DNA from: PVC group bacterium
GTDB lineage: Bacteria; GCA-001730085; JADFSZ01
Direction: 5' to 3'
DNA length: 10,476 bases
Assembly: GCA_022560555.1 (NCBI GenBank)
Contig: JADFSZ010000047.1
Span: 1 to 10,476 of the forward strand
Position 1 is the first letter of the stretch. Each line of letters begins with the position of its first letter. The notes beneath the pieces are model-generated. The model was not told where the DNA came from. It worked only from the letters and a program-made list of their open reading frames with translations, and searched no databases. Below, one piece after another: positions 1 through 6,560 of the stretch. Position numbers and translations under genes: made by a program.

Positions 1-89
1 CGAAGTTGGATAGATCTTTCGGGATCACATTTTAAATTTGCTTTCGCCGGTTGATTTTCTAAACCCGAAAGAGCAAACATTTTTCCCAT
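1..89 (-). CDS. Possible 5' end of an unidentified ORF running off the left edge (MGKMFALSGLENQPAKANLKCDPERSIQL...)
   Basis: ATG at 89..87 on the minus strand (in-frame GTG at 92..90) is followed by 29 open codons to the window edge. An in-frame stop lies upstream at 113..111. It sits 95 nt downstream of the 185..1312 gene on the same strand, in the same AT-rich block. It is too short to assign a family, and I see no clear RBS. Confidence 0.2.
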   Translation of the reverse strand, partial: MGKMFALSGLENQPAKANLKCDPERSIQL

Positions 90-975
90 CACTTTAAAGA
101 CAAGAGTTAGCTAATCAAAAGGAAAAGATTCGGTTACTGCTTTTTTTTTCAGGCAATAATATCTAAACTCTTCAATATTCATAATTATTTTATAAGATAT
201 CCCAAAGCGGGTGCATCATCAAAATAGATCAACAATGTATTTACTCCTAATTGTATTGGAATAGAAAAACTTAGTTTGTTATTATCATTTTCGATCTTTT
301 CAACAGGTAAAATTATATCCCCATAGGAGTAGGTCACTTTATCGGTTCGAATATTTGTTATTGCGAATTGAATTTCATCAAAATACATTTCCGTATAGAT
401 AATTCCCTTGTTTGGAGTTTCTATATCTGAAAGAAGTAATTGTTTTTCAATAATAAGTGGTCTATAAGAAAACTCCTGGCTACTTACTTCTTCTGAAATA
501 AAAGCATCTTCATAAATATCTGGATAATGAGTATTGAAAAATAAATCAGGAGGTGTTTTATAGTAAAAATAGCTAGGTTCCTTTATAAATTTTTGATGGT
601 ACTTCCCGGCTCCCCAGGTAGTATCAAAGAGAAAGGGTTTCCCATCTATCAATGCCACATTCCACATATGAATCGTATTAAAGGGTCTTCCAATATCACT
701 GAAGTTTGTTTTTGTATCGCCTCTAACCAAATAATTACTTATCCCCTGCAACTCGCAAAGCCTTTCGAATAACATGGCATAGCCTTCACAAACAGCAATT
801 CCTTTTTGTAGAGTACGTTTTATTATTTTTTCTCTAGTTATTTCTTCTTTTTGATTGCGTTCTCTATAATTCTTGAAATTGTAATCAAATTTTTTATATT
901 CTTCCGGATCGTAAGCAATGTTTTTAATAATCCAACTGTAAATAGCTCGTATTTTTTCTTCTTCGGTAATAAACG
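1..975. other. AT-rich compositional block (about 28-37% G+C in sample counts) that ends inside the 185..1312 ORF
   Basis: My hand counts: 191-290 = 28/100 G+C; 421-480 = 18/60; 841-900 = 12/60; 901-960 = 19/60; 1-100 = 37/100; 101-180 = 24/80. By contrast 1011-1110 = 51/100, 1111-1210 = 50/100 and 1381-1440 (purU) = 26/60. Confidence 0.6.
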
Positions 976-1312
976 TAAAAATGCCGTTATCCGGTCCGAC
1001 AAAATACGCTTGGGGTGTGACAAGGCAAATCGCTTTGCGATGCCCCCCCACACCGGGATCCACAACGCACATAAAAATTGTTCCGCGGGGAAAATATCGA
1101 TAGGACTTTTTCAGGATAATCGCCGCCTGAAAAATATCTTGGGCGGGAATGTCGTGGGTAATGTCGATGACAGGACATTCCGGCGCGATGGACAAGATGA
1201 CACCTTTCAAGATACCGGCATAAGCCTCTGTATGACCGAAATCTGTTATGAGCGCGATGGGGTTCATGAGTTTCAACAATTGTGCTATGAGTGATTTATG
1301 ACTTTTCATCAT
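185..1312 (-). CDS. Chimeric protein: truncated SAM hydroxide adenosyltransferase (DUF62 / SAM_HAT) N-domain fused to a transglutaminase-like (KY/Cyk3-type) cysteine-protease module plus an unassigned C-terminal region of about 135 aa
   Basis: 375-codon ORF. Residues 16-114 (MNPIALITDFGHTEAYAGILKGVI...FPRGTIFMCVVDPGVGGHRK...YFVGPDNGIFTF) carry the LxTDFG, VVDPGVG and GPDNG hallmarks of the DUF62 N-domain. Residues 116-260 (TEEEKIRAIYSWIIKNIAYD...KGIAVCEGYAMLFERLCELQGI...HMWNVALIDGKPFLFDTTWGAG...THYP) match the transglutaminase-like core, with Cys175 (788-790), His215 (668-670) and Asp230 (623-625). The biologically likely start is the ATG at 1267 (MNPIALITDFG), because family members normally begin a few residues before the TDFG motif. 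Confidence 0.75.
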   Translation of the reverse strand: MMKSHKSLIAQLLKLMNPIALITDFGHTEAYAGILKGVILSIAPECPVIDITHDIPAQDIFQAAIILKKSYRYFPRGTIFMCVVDPGVGGHRKAICLVTPQAYFVGPDNGIFTFITEEEKIRAIYSWIIKNIAYDPEEYKKFDYNFKNYRERNQKEEITREKIIKRTLQKGIAVCEGYAMLFERLCELQGISNYLVRGDTKTNFSDIGRPFNTIHMWNVALIDGKPFLFDTTWGAGKYHQKFIKEPSYFYYKTPPDLFFNTHYPDIYEDAFISEEVSSQEFSYRPLIIEKQLLLSDIETPNKGIIYTEMYFDEIQFAITNIRTDKVTYSYGDIILPVEKIENDNNKLSFSIPIQLGVNTLLIYFDDAPALGYLIK

Positions 1313-1318
1313 TATAAT
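1313..1318 (+). promoter_or_regulatory. Candidate -10 box (perfect TATAAT) for purU
   Basis: TATAAT at 1313-1318 lies 58 nt upstream of the purU ATG. Only a weak -35 candidate is present (GTGATT at 1291-1296, 16-nt spacer, 3/6 match to TTGACA). This is a sequence pattern only, with no functional evidence. Confidence 0.25.
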
Positions 1319-1375
1319 TCTATGTTAAGCTTATGGCAAGTTGTCATCCATAGATTTTGAAAGGTTGCCTTTTTG

Positions 1376-2227
1376 ATGGAACGAGCTGTTATTCTCATAG
1401 AATGTCCGGATCAAAAGGGTATTGTTGCCCGTGTTTCAGATTTTATTTTTCGTTTAGACGCCAATATTATTCAATCGGATCAATATTCGACGGATCCCGA
1501 AAACGGGGTCTTTTTTATGCGCTTGGAATTTTGTTTTGATCCCAAGCGCCTTTCACGAAATATATTAGAAAAAGAATTCGCTTCCTTGGCAAAAAAGCTG
1601 AGGGCGCATTGGAATCTGCATTACCACAGCACACGGTTGCGGATAGGAATTTTGCTTTCCAAGGAAGCACACTGTTTGGTGGATATCCTCTATCGGCAAG
1701 CATCCGGGGAGTTTCACGCGGACATAACATGCGTTATCAGCAATCATCCGGATCATCGCATAGTGGTGGAACAAGCCGGAGTCCCGTATCATTATATCCC
1801 GGTTTCCGCAAAGACGAAATCCAAGAGCGAAAAAGACATCCTGGCTCTTGTTCAAAAAAATACGGATGTTTTGGTGCTCGCGCGTTATATGCAAATACTT
1901 TCTCCAAAATTTTTAAAAGCGTATAAACATGACATTATCAACATTCACCACAGTTTTTTGCCTTCTTTTAAGGGGGCTAACCCTTACAAGCAAGCCCATG
2001 AGCGGGGTGTCAAAGTTATAGGAGCTACGGCTCACTACGTGACGGAGAATCTTGATGAGGGGCCGATCATCGAACAGGTGGTTGAGCGTATGACCCATCG
2101 TGATGATCTGGATGATCTTCGCCGCAAAAGCCGCCATTTAGAAAAAGTGGCTTTGGCGAACGCGATTCAGGCCCATGTCGAGCATCGTGTGATTCGGTAT
2201 AAAAACAAAACGATTGTGTTTGCGTAA
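1376..2227 (+). CDS. purU: Formyltetrahydrofolate deformylase (N-terminal ACT domain + formyltransferase domain)
   Basis: MERAVILIECPDQKGIVARVSDFIF is an ACT-type N-terminus. HHSFLPSFKGANPYKQAHERGVKVIGATAHYVTENLDEGPIIEQ is the PurU/formyltransferase catalytic region. The length is about 283 aa. I prefer the ATG at 1376 over the TTG at 1373 in the ORF track, with GAAAGG at 1359-1364 as a possible RBS. Confidence 0.92.
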   Translation: MERAVILIECPDQKGIVARVSDFIFRLDANIIQSDQYSTDPENGVFFMRLEFCFDPKRLSRNILEKEFASLAKKLRAHWNLHYHSTRLRIGILLSKEAHCLVDILYRQASGEFHADITCVISNHPDHRIVVEQAGVPYHYIPVSAKTKSKSEKDILALVQKNTDVLVLARYMQILSPKFLKAYKHDIINIHHSFLPSFKGANPYKQAHERGVKVIGATAHYVTENLDEGPIIEQVVERMTHRDDLDDLRRKSRHLEKVALANAIQAHVEHRVIRYKNKTIVFA

Positions 2228-2903
2228 TGAGTGGCTGGCCGTGAAATTATCCGTAATCATTCCGACATGGAATGAAGAGATGTTTATCTCTTCAACAATC
2301 AAAAACTGTCTTCAGGAAACCGAGGACGTCATTGTTGTTGATGCAGGAAGTCCGGACCGGACGGTCGCGTTAGCTCATGAATACCCGGTGCGCGTTTTTC
2401 AATCTTCGAAAGGCCGTGCCTGTCAAATGAATCTCGGTGCCGAAAAAGCGGCCCACGATATTCTTGTTTTTGTTCACGCGGACACACGCCTTCCGGCGGG
2501 AGCACGCGCGGATATTGAAAGTGCGATTGCAAGCGGATATGTTGGGGGTAGGTTTCGTCTGAAGTTTGACATCAAGAGCCCCGTACTAAATCTATACGCC
2601 TTTTTATCCTGTTATGACTTTGGCGGGCTTTCATTCGGAGATCAGGGAATATTTGTAACAAAATCTTGTTTTTTAAAAGGCGGAAAATTTCCGGAGCACC
2701 GATTCCCGGAAGACATCTTTTTTTATCAATCCATGAAACGCTTGGGAAAAACAGTTGTACTTCCGAAAAGTGTGACAACATCGGCCCGTCGATTTCAAAA
2801 GCGGGGCGTTTTAAGTCAGCAGATCGAGAACATTGGAATTTTACTGATGGCCTTCTTAGGGGTTGATTCGAAAAAACTAGAGGAGTTTTATTGTCAGACA
2901 TGA
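2214..2903 (+). CDS. Family-2 glycosyltransferase, resembling the TIGR04283 (rSAM/selenodomain-associated transferase 2) subfamily
   Basis: KLSVIIPTWNEE...VIVVDAGSPDRT...SKGRACQMNLGA...ILVFVHADTRLP...GGRFRLKFD...FGDQGIFV...EDIFFYQSMKRLGK...TSARRFQKRGVL follows the GT-A/GT2 layout and, from memory, the consensus of that subfamily. The ATG at 2214 overlaps the purU stop by 14 nt. A GTG at 2241 (VKLSVIIP) is an alternative start. Confidence 0.8.
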   Translation: MCLRNEWLAVKLSVIIPTWNEEMFISSTIKNCLQETEDVIVVDAGSPDRTVALAHEYPVRVFQSSKGRACQMNLGAEKAAHDILVFVHADTRLPAGARADIESAIASGYVGGRFRLKFDIKSPVLNLYAFLSCYDFGGLSFGDQGIFVTKSCFLKGGKFPEHRFPEDIFFYQSMKRLGKTVVLPKSVTTSARRFQKRGVLSQQIENIGILLMAFLGVDSKKLEEFYCQT

Positions 2904-3679
2904 CACGAAATCTTCAATTAAGAGCAGCCTCACTTAAAACCATTGTCATCCCGGCGATATTTTCTCTTTTAACTATATTTTTCCATTTAACTGTATTTTT
3001 TCTTTTATGGTGCCCATTAGATGCTGAGGCCGGTATTAAAAGACGCAGTTCGCGTACAAGGAAAAGAACCTCCTCCGAAAACAGTGTGTACCAGAAAAAA
3101 CAAAATCTCAAAAATCTATTAAATAAAAATAATGGCGAATCCATTGCGGGGGACGCTCATTATGAATTAGGAATGCTGTATATGCTGACGGAAGATTATG
3201 ATCAAGCGCTTGGACACCTAAACAACGCTGTGGGAGGCTCAAATCTGGCCAGAGGAAAAAGGGCAACGAGTTATTACTATCTGTCCGGGATTTACATGAA
3301 GAGGGGGCAGAGGGACGAAGCTCGCAAAACGCTTGAAAAACTGATTCAGGAACTCCCGGGAAACGCTTACTATGATATGGGATTGGATAAACTGAAATCC
3401 ATTTATCGTCAAGAAGGAGAAACATCTTCTGTCATGCCCTATATCAAAACTCAAGGGTACTATAGTGTTCAAGTCGGCTCATATACAAAAAAAGATAATG
3501 CCGAGCGTGTTGTGAATCAATTAAAAAGCCGGTACACGGTCAGTATGTCAAAGATTTTTAAGGGCCAAAAAGTATTTTGGCGCGTGAGAGTGGGCGAATA
3601 TTCGAGACGGGCTGACGCGTCAAAAGTCGCGCTTGAAATCAAAAAACGAGAAGGATTCCCGGCGGTTGTTGTCCCTTAA
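2891..3679 (+). CDS. Membrane-anchored TPR-like + SPOR (peptidoglycan-binding) domain protein
   Basis: There is an N-terminal hydrophobic segment (IVIPAIFSLLTIFFHLTVFFLLW). Next comes a basic/Ser-rich linker, then TPR-like helices (AHYELGMLYMLTEDYDQALGHLNNA; YYYLSGIYMKRGQRDEARKTLEKL). The C-terminus has a SPOR signature (YYSVQVGSYTKKDNAERVVNQLK...FWRVRVGEYSRRADASKVALEIKK). AGGAG at 2881-2885 sits 5 nt before the TTG at 2891. The ATG at 2900 forms an ATGA overlap with the upstream stop and is an alternative start. Confidence 0.8.
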   Translation: MSDMTRNLQLRAASLKTIVIPAIFSLLTIFFHLTVFFLLWCPLDAEAGIKRRSSRTRKRTSSENSVYQKKQNLKNLLNKNNGESIAGDAHYELGMLYMLTEDYDQALGHLNNAVGGSNLARGKRATSYYYLSGIYMKRGQRDEARKTLEKLIQELPGNAYYDMGLDKLKSIYRQEGETSSVMPYIKTQGYYSVQVGSYTKKDNAERVVNQLKSRYTVSMSKIFKGQKVFWRVRVGEYSRRADASKVALEIKKREGFPAVVVP

Positions 3680-3750
3680 GTCTTAATGACTCATGAACAC
3701 TTCCCATCTCATTAGTTATTCTTTAATCGCGAAACTCATTTCACAATAAA

Positions 3751-4683
3751 ATGGTTCAATCAAAAAAACAACTTGTCTTCATTTTACTTGGGGCGACAGC
3801 TGTCGGTAAGACAGACGTTTCTCTGAAGTTAGCCGAAGAATGCAATTTTCAAATTATTTCGGCTGATTCGATGCAGGTCTACCGGCATTTGGATATTGGC
3901 ACGGCCAAACCCACTCAAAAGGATATCCTGAAGATTAAGCATCACATGATTGATATTGTGGATCCGGACGAAGAGTATAATGTGGCCGATTACTATCATG
4001 AAGCCACAGGGATATTGCAGCGGCTCTCAGCTGAAGGACAAATGATCCTTGTTGTCGGGGGGGCGGGCATGTATCTGAAGCGTCTTTTGGAAGGTGTTTT
4101 TCGCGGGCCCGGAAGTGATTTGGGGGTGCGCCGTCATTTGCAAAAGGAAGCAAGGGATATAGGGAATGCAGCGATGCATGACAAGCTTAAACAAGTCGAT
4201 TCAAAGGCTGCCGGGCGAATACATCCCAATAATATCCGCCGTGTGATCCGAGCGCTCGAAGTGTACGAATTAACAGGGCAAGCGCTTTCGGAGCTTCAAG
4301 AAAGTCAGCCGGAACCGGAAGACTTCCGGTTTGTCAAAATCGGCCTTCAACTTTCAAAGACGAAGTTGTACGAACGGATTGCCCAAAGGACGGATGACAT
4401 GTTTGAGCGGGGTTTTATCGAAGAAGTACGATGGGTCCAAGACCGTTTCTGCCTCACAGATACGATACGGAAGTCTATCGGTTACCGTGACGTTTTGCGA
4501 TATATAGAAAAGTTGCAAGACCTTGAGTATACAAAGGATGCCATTAAAAAAGCCACCCGTCTTCTGGTCAAAAAGCAATTGACATGGTTTGGTAATAATG
4601 ATAGCATCCATTGGTTTTGTTCGGACCAGAATCCCTCCCGGGAAATTTTTAAATTTATAAAGCAAGAGTATTCAAGGGATTAA
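3751..4683 (+). CDS. miaA: tRNA dimethylallyltransferase (tRNA delta2-isopentenylpyrophosphate transferase)
   Basis: It has the P-loop ILLGATAVGKTDVSLKLA followed by IISADSMQVYRHLDIGTAKPT and NNIRRVIRALEV, which are canonical MiaA motifs. Length is 310 aa. Confidence 0.93.
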   Translation: MVQSKKQLVFILLGATAVGKTDVSLKLAEECNFQIISADSMQVYRHLDIGTAKPTQKDILKIKHHMIDIVDPDEEYNVADYYHEATGILQRLSAEGQMILVVGGAGMYLKRLLEGVFRGPGSDLGVRRHLQKEARDIGNAAMHDKLKQVDSKAAGRIHPNNIRRVIRALEVYELTGQALSELQESQPEPEDFRFVKIGLQLSKTKLYERIAQRTDDMFERGFIEEVRWVQDRFCLTDTIRKSIGYRDVLRYIEKLQDLEYTKDAIKKATRLLVKKQLTWFGNNDSIHWFCSDQNPSREIFKFIKQEYSRD

Positions 4684-4687
4684 AAAG

Positions 4688-5605
4688 ATGGCGCAAACCA
4701 TACGTACAAAAGAAACCATTGCCGGATACGGTTTTCTTCTTCCCAATCTCATCGGTTTTTTGGCCTTTACGTCCATTCCCGTTCTTGCGTCTCTTGTGCT
4801 GGGTTTTATGCGATGGGATCTCACAAGTCCTCCAGTTTACATAGGCTTAGAGAATTTTGTCAACCTTCTTGGATTTACGAAAGAGAACGGGCATTGGATT
4901 CCGAATGACGGGCGGTTTTGGTACTATGTCTACAATACGATGTTCTTCATGCTGGGTATTCCTATTTCTATGGCGGCCTCACTTTTTTTAGCTGTTGTCC
5001 TCAACAATAAAATGAAAGGAATTTCTGTTGTTCGTACGGTTTATTTTATGCCGACGCTTGCAAGCGGGATAGCCATCTATGTGTTATGGCGCTGGATATT
5101 TAATGAGGAGTTCGGGTTGTTAAACATTTTATTGGGCCATTTTGGAATAGATGGCCCCGGATGGCTTACAAATCGCGCCTTGGCAAAGCCCTCGCTCATT
5201 TTTATGGGAATTTGGATGAACATGGGCGGTTACAACATGATTCTTTATCTTGCCGGGATACAAGGGATTCCGCAGGAATTGTACGAAGCCTCTGCCATTG
5301 ACGGAGCTAGCTCATGGCAGAAATTTCAGCATATCACGTGGCCGATGCTTGGCCCGACAACCTTTTTTATTTTTATTATGAGCGTGATTGCCGGGTTTCA
5401 AGGCGGATTTGACGCGGCCTTTGTGATGACGGGCGGCGGCCCGGCCGGAGCCACAACAACGGTGAGCTATTATATTTATCAAAACGCGTACGAATGGTTT
5501 CATATGGGGTACGCGGCATCCATTGCCTGGGTGTTGTTTTTATCAGTTTTTATCGTGACCTTAATGAATTGGAAATACGGAGGCAAAGTTGTCCACTATC
5601 AATAG
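4688..5605 (+). CDS. Carbohydrate (CUT1-type) ABC transporter permease, MalF/UgpA-like
   Basis: It is a multi-TM protein whose N-terminus (AGYGFLLPNLIGFLAFTSIPVLASL) is typical of this family. The EAA loop is present (ELYEASAIDGASSWQKFQHITWPMLGPT). It starts 4 nt after the miaA stop. Confidence 0.9.
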   Translation: MAQTIRTKETIAGYGFLLPNLIGFLAFTSIPVLASLVLGFMRWDLTSPPVYIGLENFVNLLGFTKENGHWIPNDGRFWYYVYNTMFFMLGIPISMAASLFLAVVLNNKMKGISVVRTVYFMPTLASGIAIYVLWRWIFNEEFGLLNILLGHFGIDGPGWLTNRALAKPSLIFMGIWMNMGGYNMILYLAGIQGIPQELYEASAIDGASSWQKFQHITWPMLGPTTFFIFIMSVIAGFQGGFDAAFVMTGGGPAGATTTVSYYIYQNAYEWFHMGYAASIAWVLFLSVFIVTLMNWKYGGKVVHYQ

Positions 5606-6554
5606 AAGAAATCTCCTTCTTTTGGATGACGAGTTTGAGAGGAACTCCAAAATAAATACCTATCTGAAAAACTTTATTCAGGTTTCGGTGATATTTATTT
5701 TGGGTATCACGATGCTCATTCCGTTTTACTGGATGATTGTCACGTCATTAAGTGCTCCCGGCAGTTTGGATCTGCAATTGATACCGGATCCCGTTATGTG
5801 GGAAAATTATCCGAAGGCCTGGATGGCCGTGAATTTCGGTCGGGGTTATATTAACTCCATGCTGGTTACGATGTGTGTTACCTTTGGACAAGTTTTTACC
5901 AGTTCCATGGCTGCTTACGCGTTTGCCCGTTTGGATTTTCCGGGACGTGACAAAGTGTTTCTCGCGTATTTGGCAACAATGATGATCCCGAAAGACGTAA
6001 CGATGATTCCCAATTTTATTCTACTGAAATATATTCCGGAAGGCCTGAACATCCTTTTTAGTCCGGAAAATCTATTTTGGACACAGGATCTGTTCCTGTT
6101 CGGAAAATACTATATGGGTAAACCGATTGGATATGATTCCTATTTTGCGTTGATTATGCCGGGTCTTTTCAGCGCCTATGGAACATTTATGCTCAGACAG
6201 TTTTTCATGACGATACCGACAGATCTTGAGGACGCTGCCAAAATTGATGGGTGCAGCTATTTTGGGATTTATTGGCGCGTGATCTTGCCTCTTTCTAAGC
6301 CGGCTTTAGCGACGTTAACGACTTTCACGTTTATGGGAAGCTGGAAAGAGTTTATGTGGCCGCTGGTCATCACAAGTAGTCTTGATATGAAAACTTTGCC
6401 CATCCTTTTGCAGTATTTCCAGGGATTGTATTTTACGGAGTGGAATCTTCTGATGGCGGGGTCCGTGATTATGGTTATACCGGCATTGATTATGTTTCTT
6501 TTTGCTCAAAGATTTTTTGTTGAAGGTATTCAGCTCGGCGCGGTTAAAGGGTAA
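5589..6554 (+). CDS. Carbohydrate (CUT1-type) ABC transporter permease, MalG/UgpE-like
   Basis: Family motifs are MLIPFYWMIVTSL, AYAFARLDFPGRD and the EAA loop LEDAAKIDGCSYFGIYWRVILPLSKPAL. The TTG start at 5589 is supported by GGAGG at 5579-5583 with a 5-nt spacer. It overlaps the upstream permease by 17 nt. Confidence 0.9.
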   Translation: MSTINRRNLLLLDDEFERNSKINTYLKNFIQVSVIFILGITMLIPFYWMIVTSLSAPGSLDLQLIPDPVMWENYPKAWMAVNFGRGYINSMLVTMCVTFGQVFTSSMAAYAFARLDFPGRDKVFLAYLATMMIPKDVTMIPNFILLKYIPEGLNILFSPENLFWTQDLFLFGKYYMGKPIGYDSYFALIMPGLFSAYGTFMLRQFFMTIPTDLEDAAKIDGCSYFGIYWRVILPLSKPALATLTTFTFMGSWKEFMWPLVITSSLDMKTLPILLQYFQGLYFTEWNLLMAGSVIMVIPALIMFLFAQRFFVEGIQLGAVKG

Positions 6555-6560
6555 TGGGTT

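Noticed and set aside
141-149. T9 homopolymer in the intergenic region downstream of the chimeric gene, considered as a possible terminator tail or phase-variable tract
   Set aside because: There is no G+C-rich hairpin next to it; only a 3-bp CTG/CAG pairing is possible. On the strand of the flanking genes it reads as an A-run. It does not lie in a coding region or at an obvious promoter spacer. It fits simple AT-rich intergenic sequence.
851-1294. 147-aa + strand ORF antisense to the chimeric gene, together with the nested minus-strand ORFs 838..1065 and 987..1178
   Set aside because: These are shadow or off-frame ORFs inside a region whose minus-strand frame has strong, continuous family motifs. 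The translations are low-complexity (FFFF, RR-rich) with no recognisable motif.
3679-3691. Small hairpin AGTC-ttaat-GACT just after the SPOR gene stop, considered as a terminator
   Set aside because: The stem is only 4 bp and AT-rich, and no T-tract follows. It is not credible as an intrinsic terminator.
1565-4665. Other antisense or off-frame ORFs of 60-110 aa (for example 1565..1894, 1609..1926, 2572..2901, 3108..3425, 3239..3472, 4354..4665)
   Set aside because: All lie entirely within confidently identified genes (purU, the glycosyltransferase, the TPR-SPOR protein, miaA). Their translations lack motifs and look like frame shadows.
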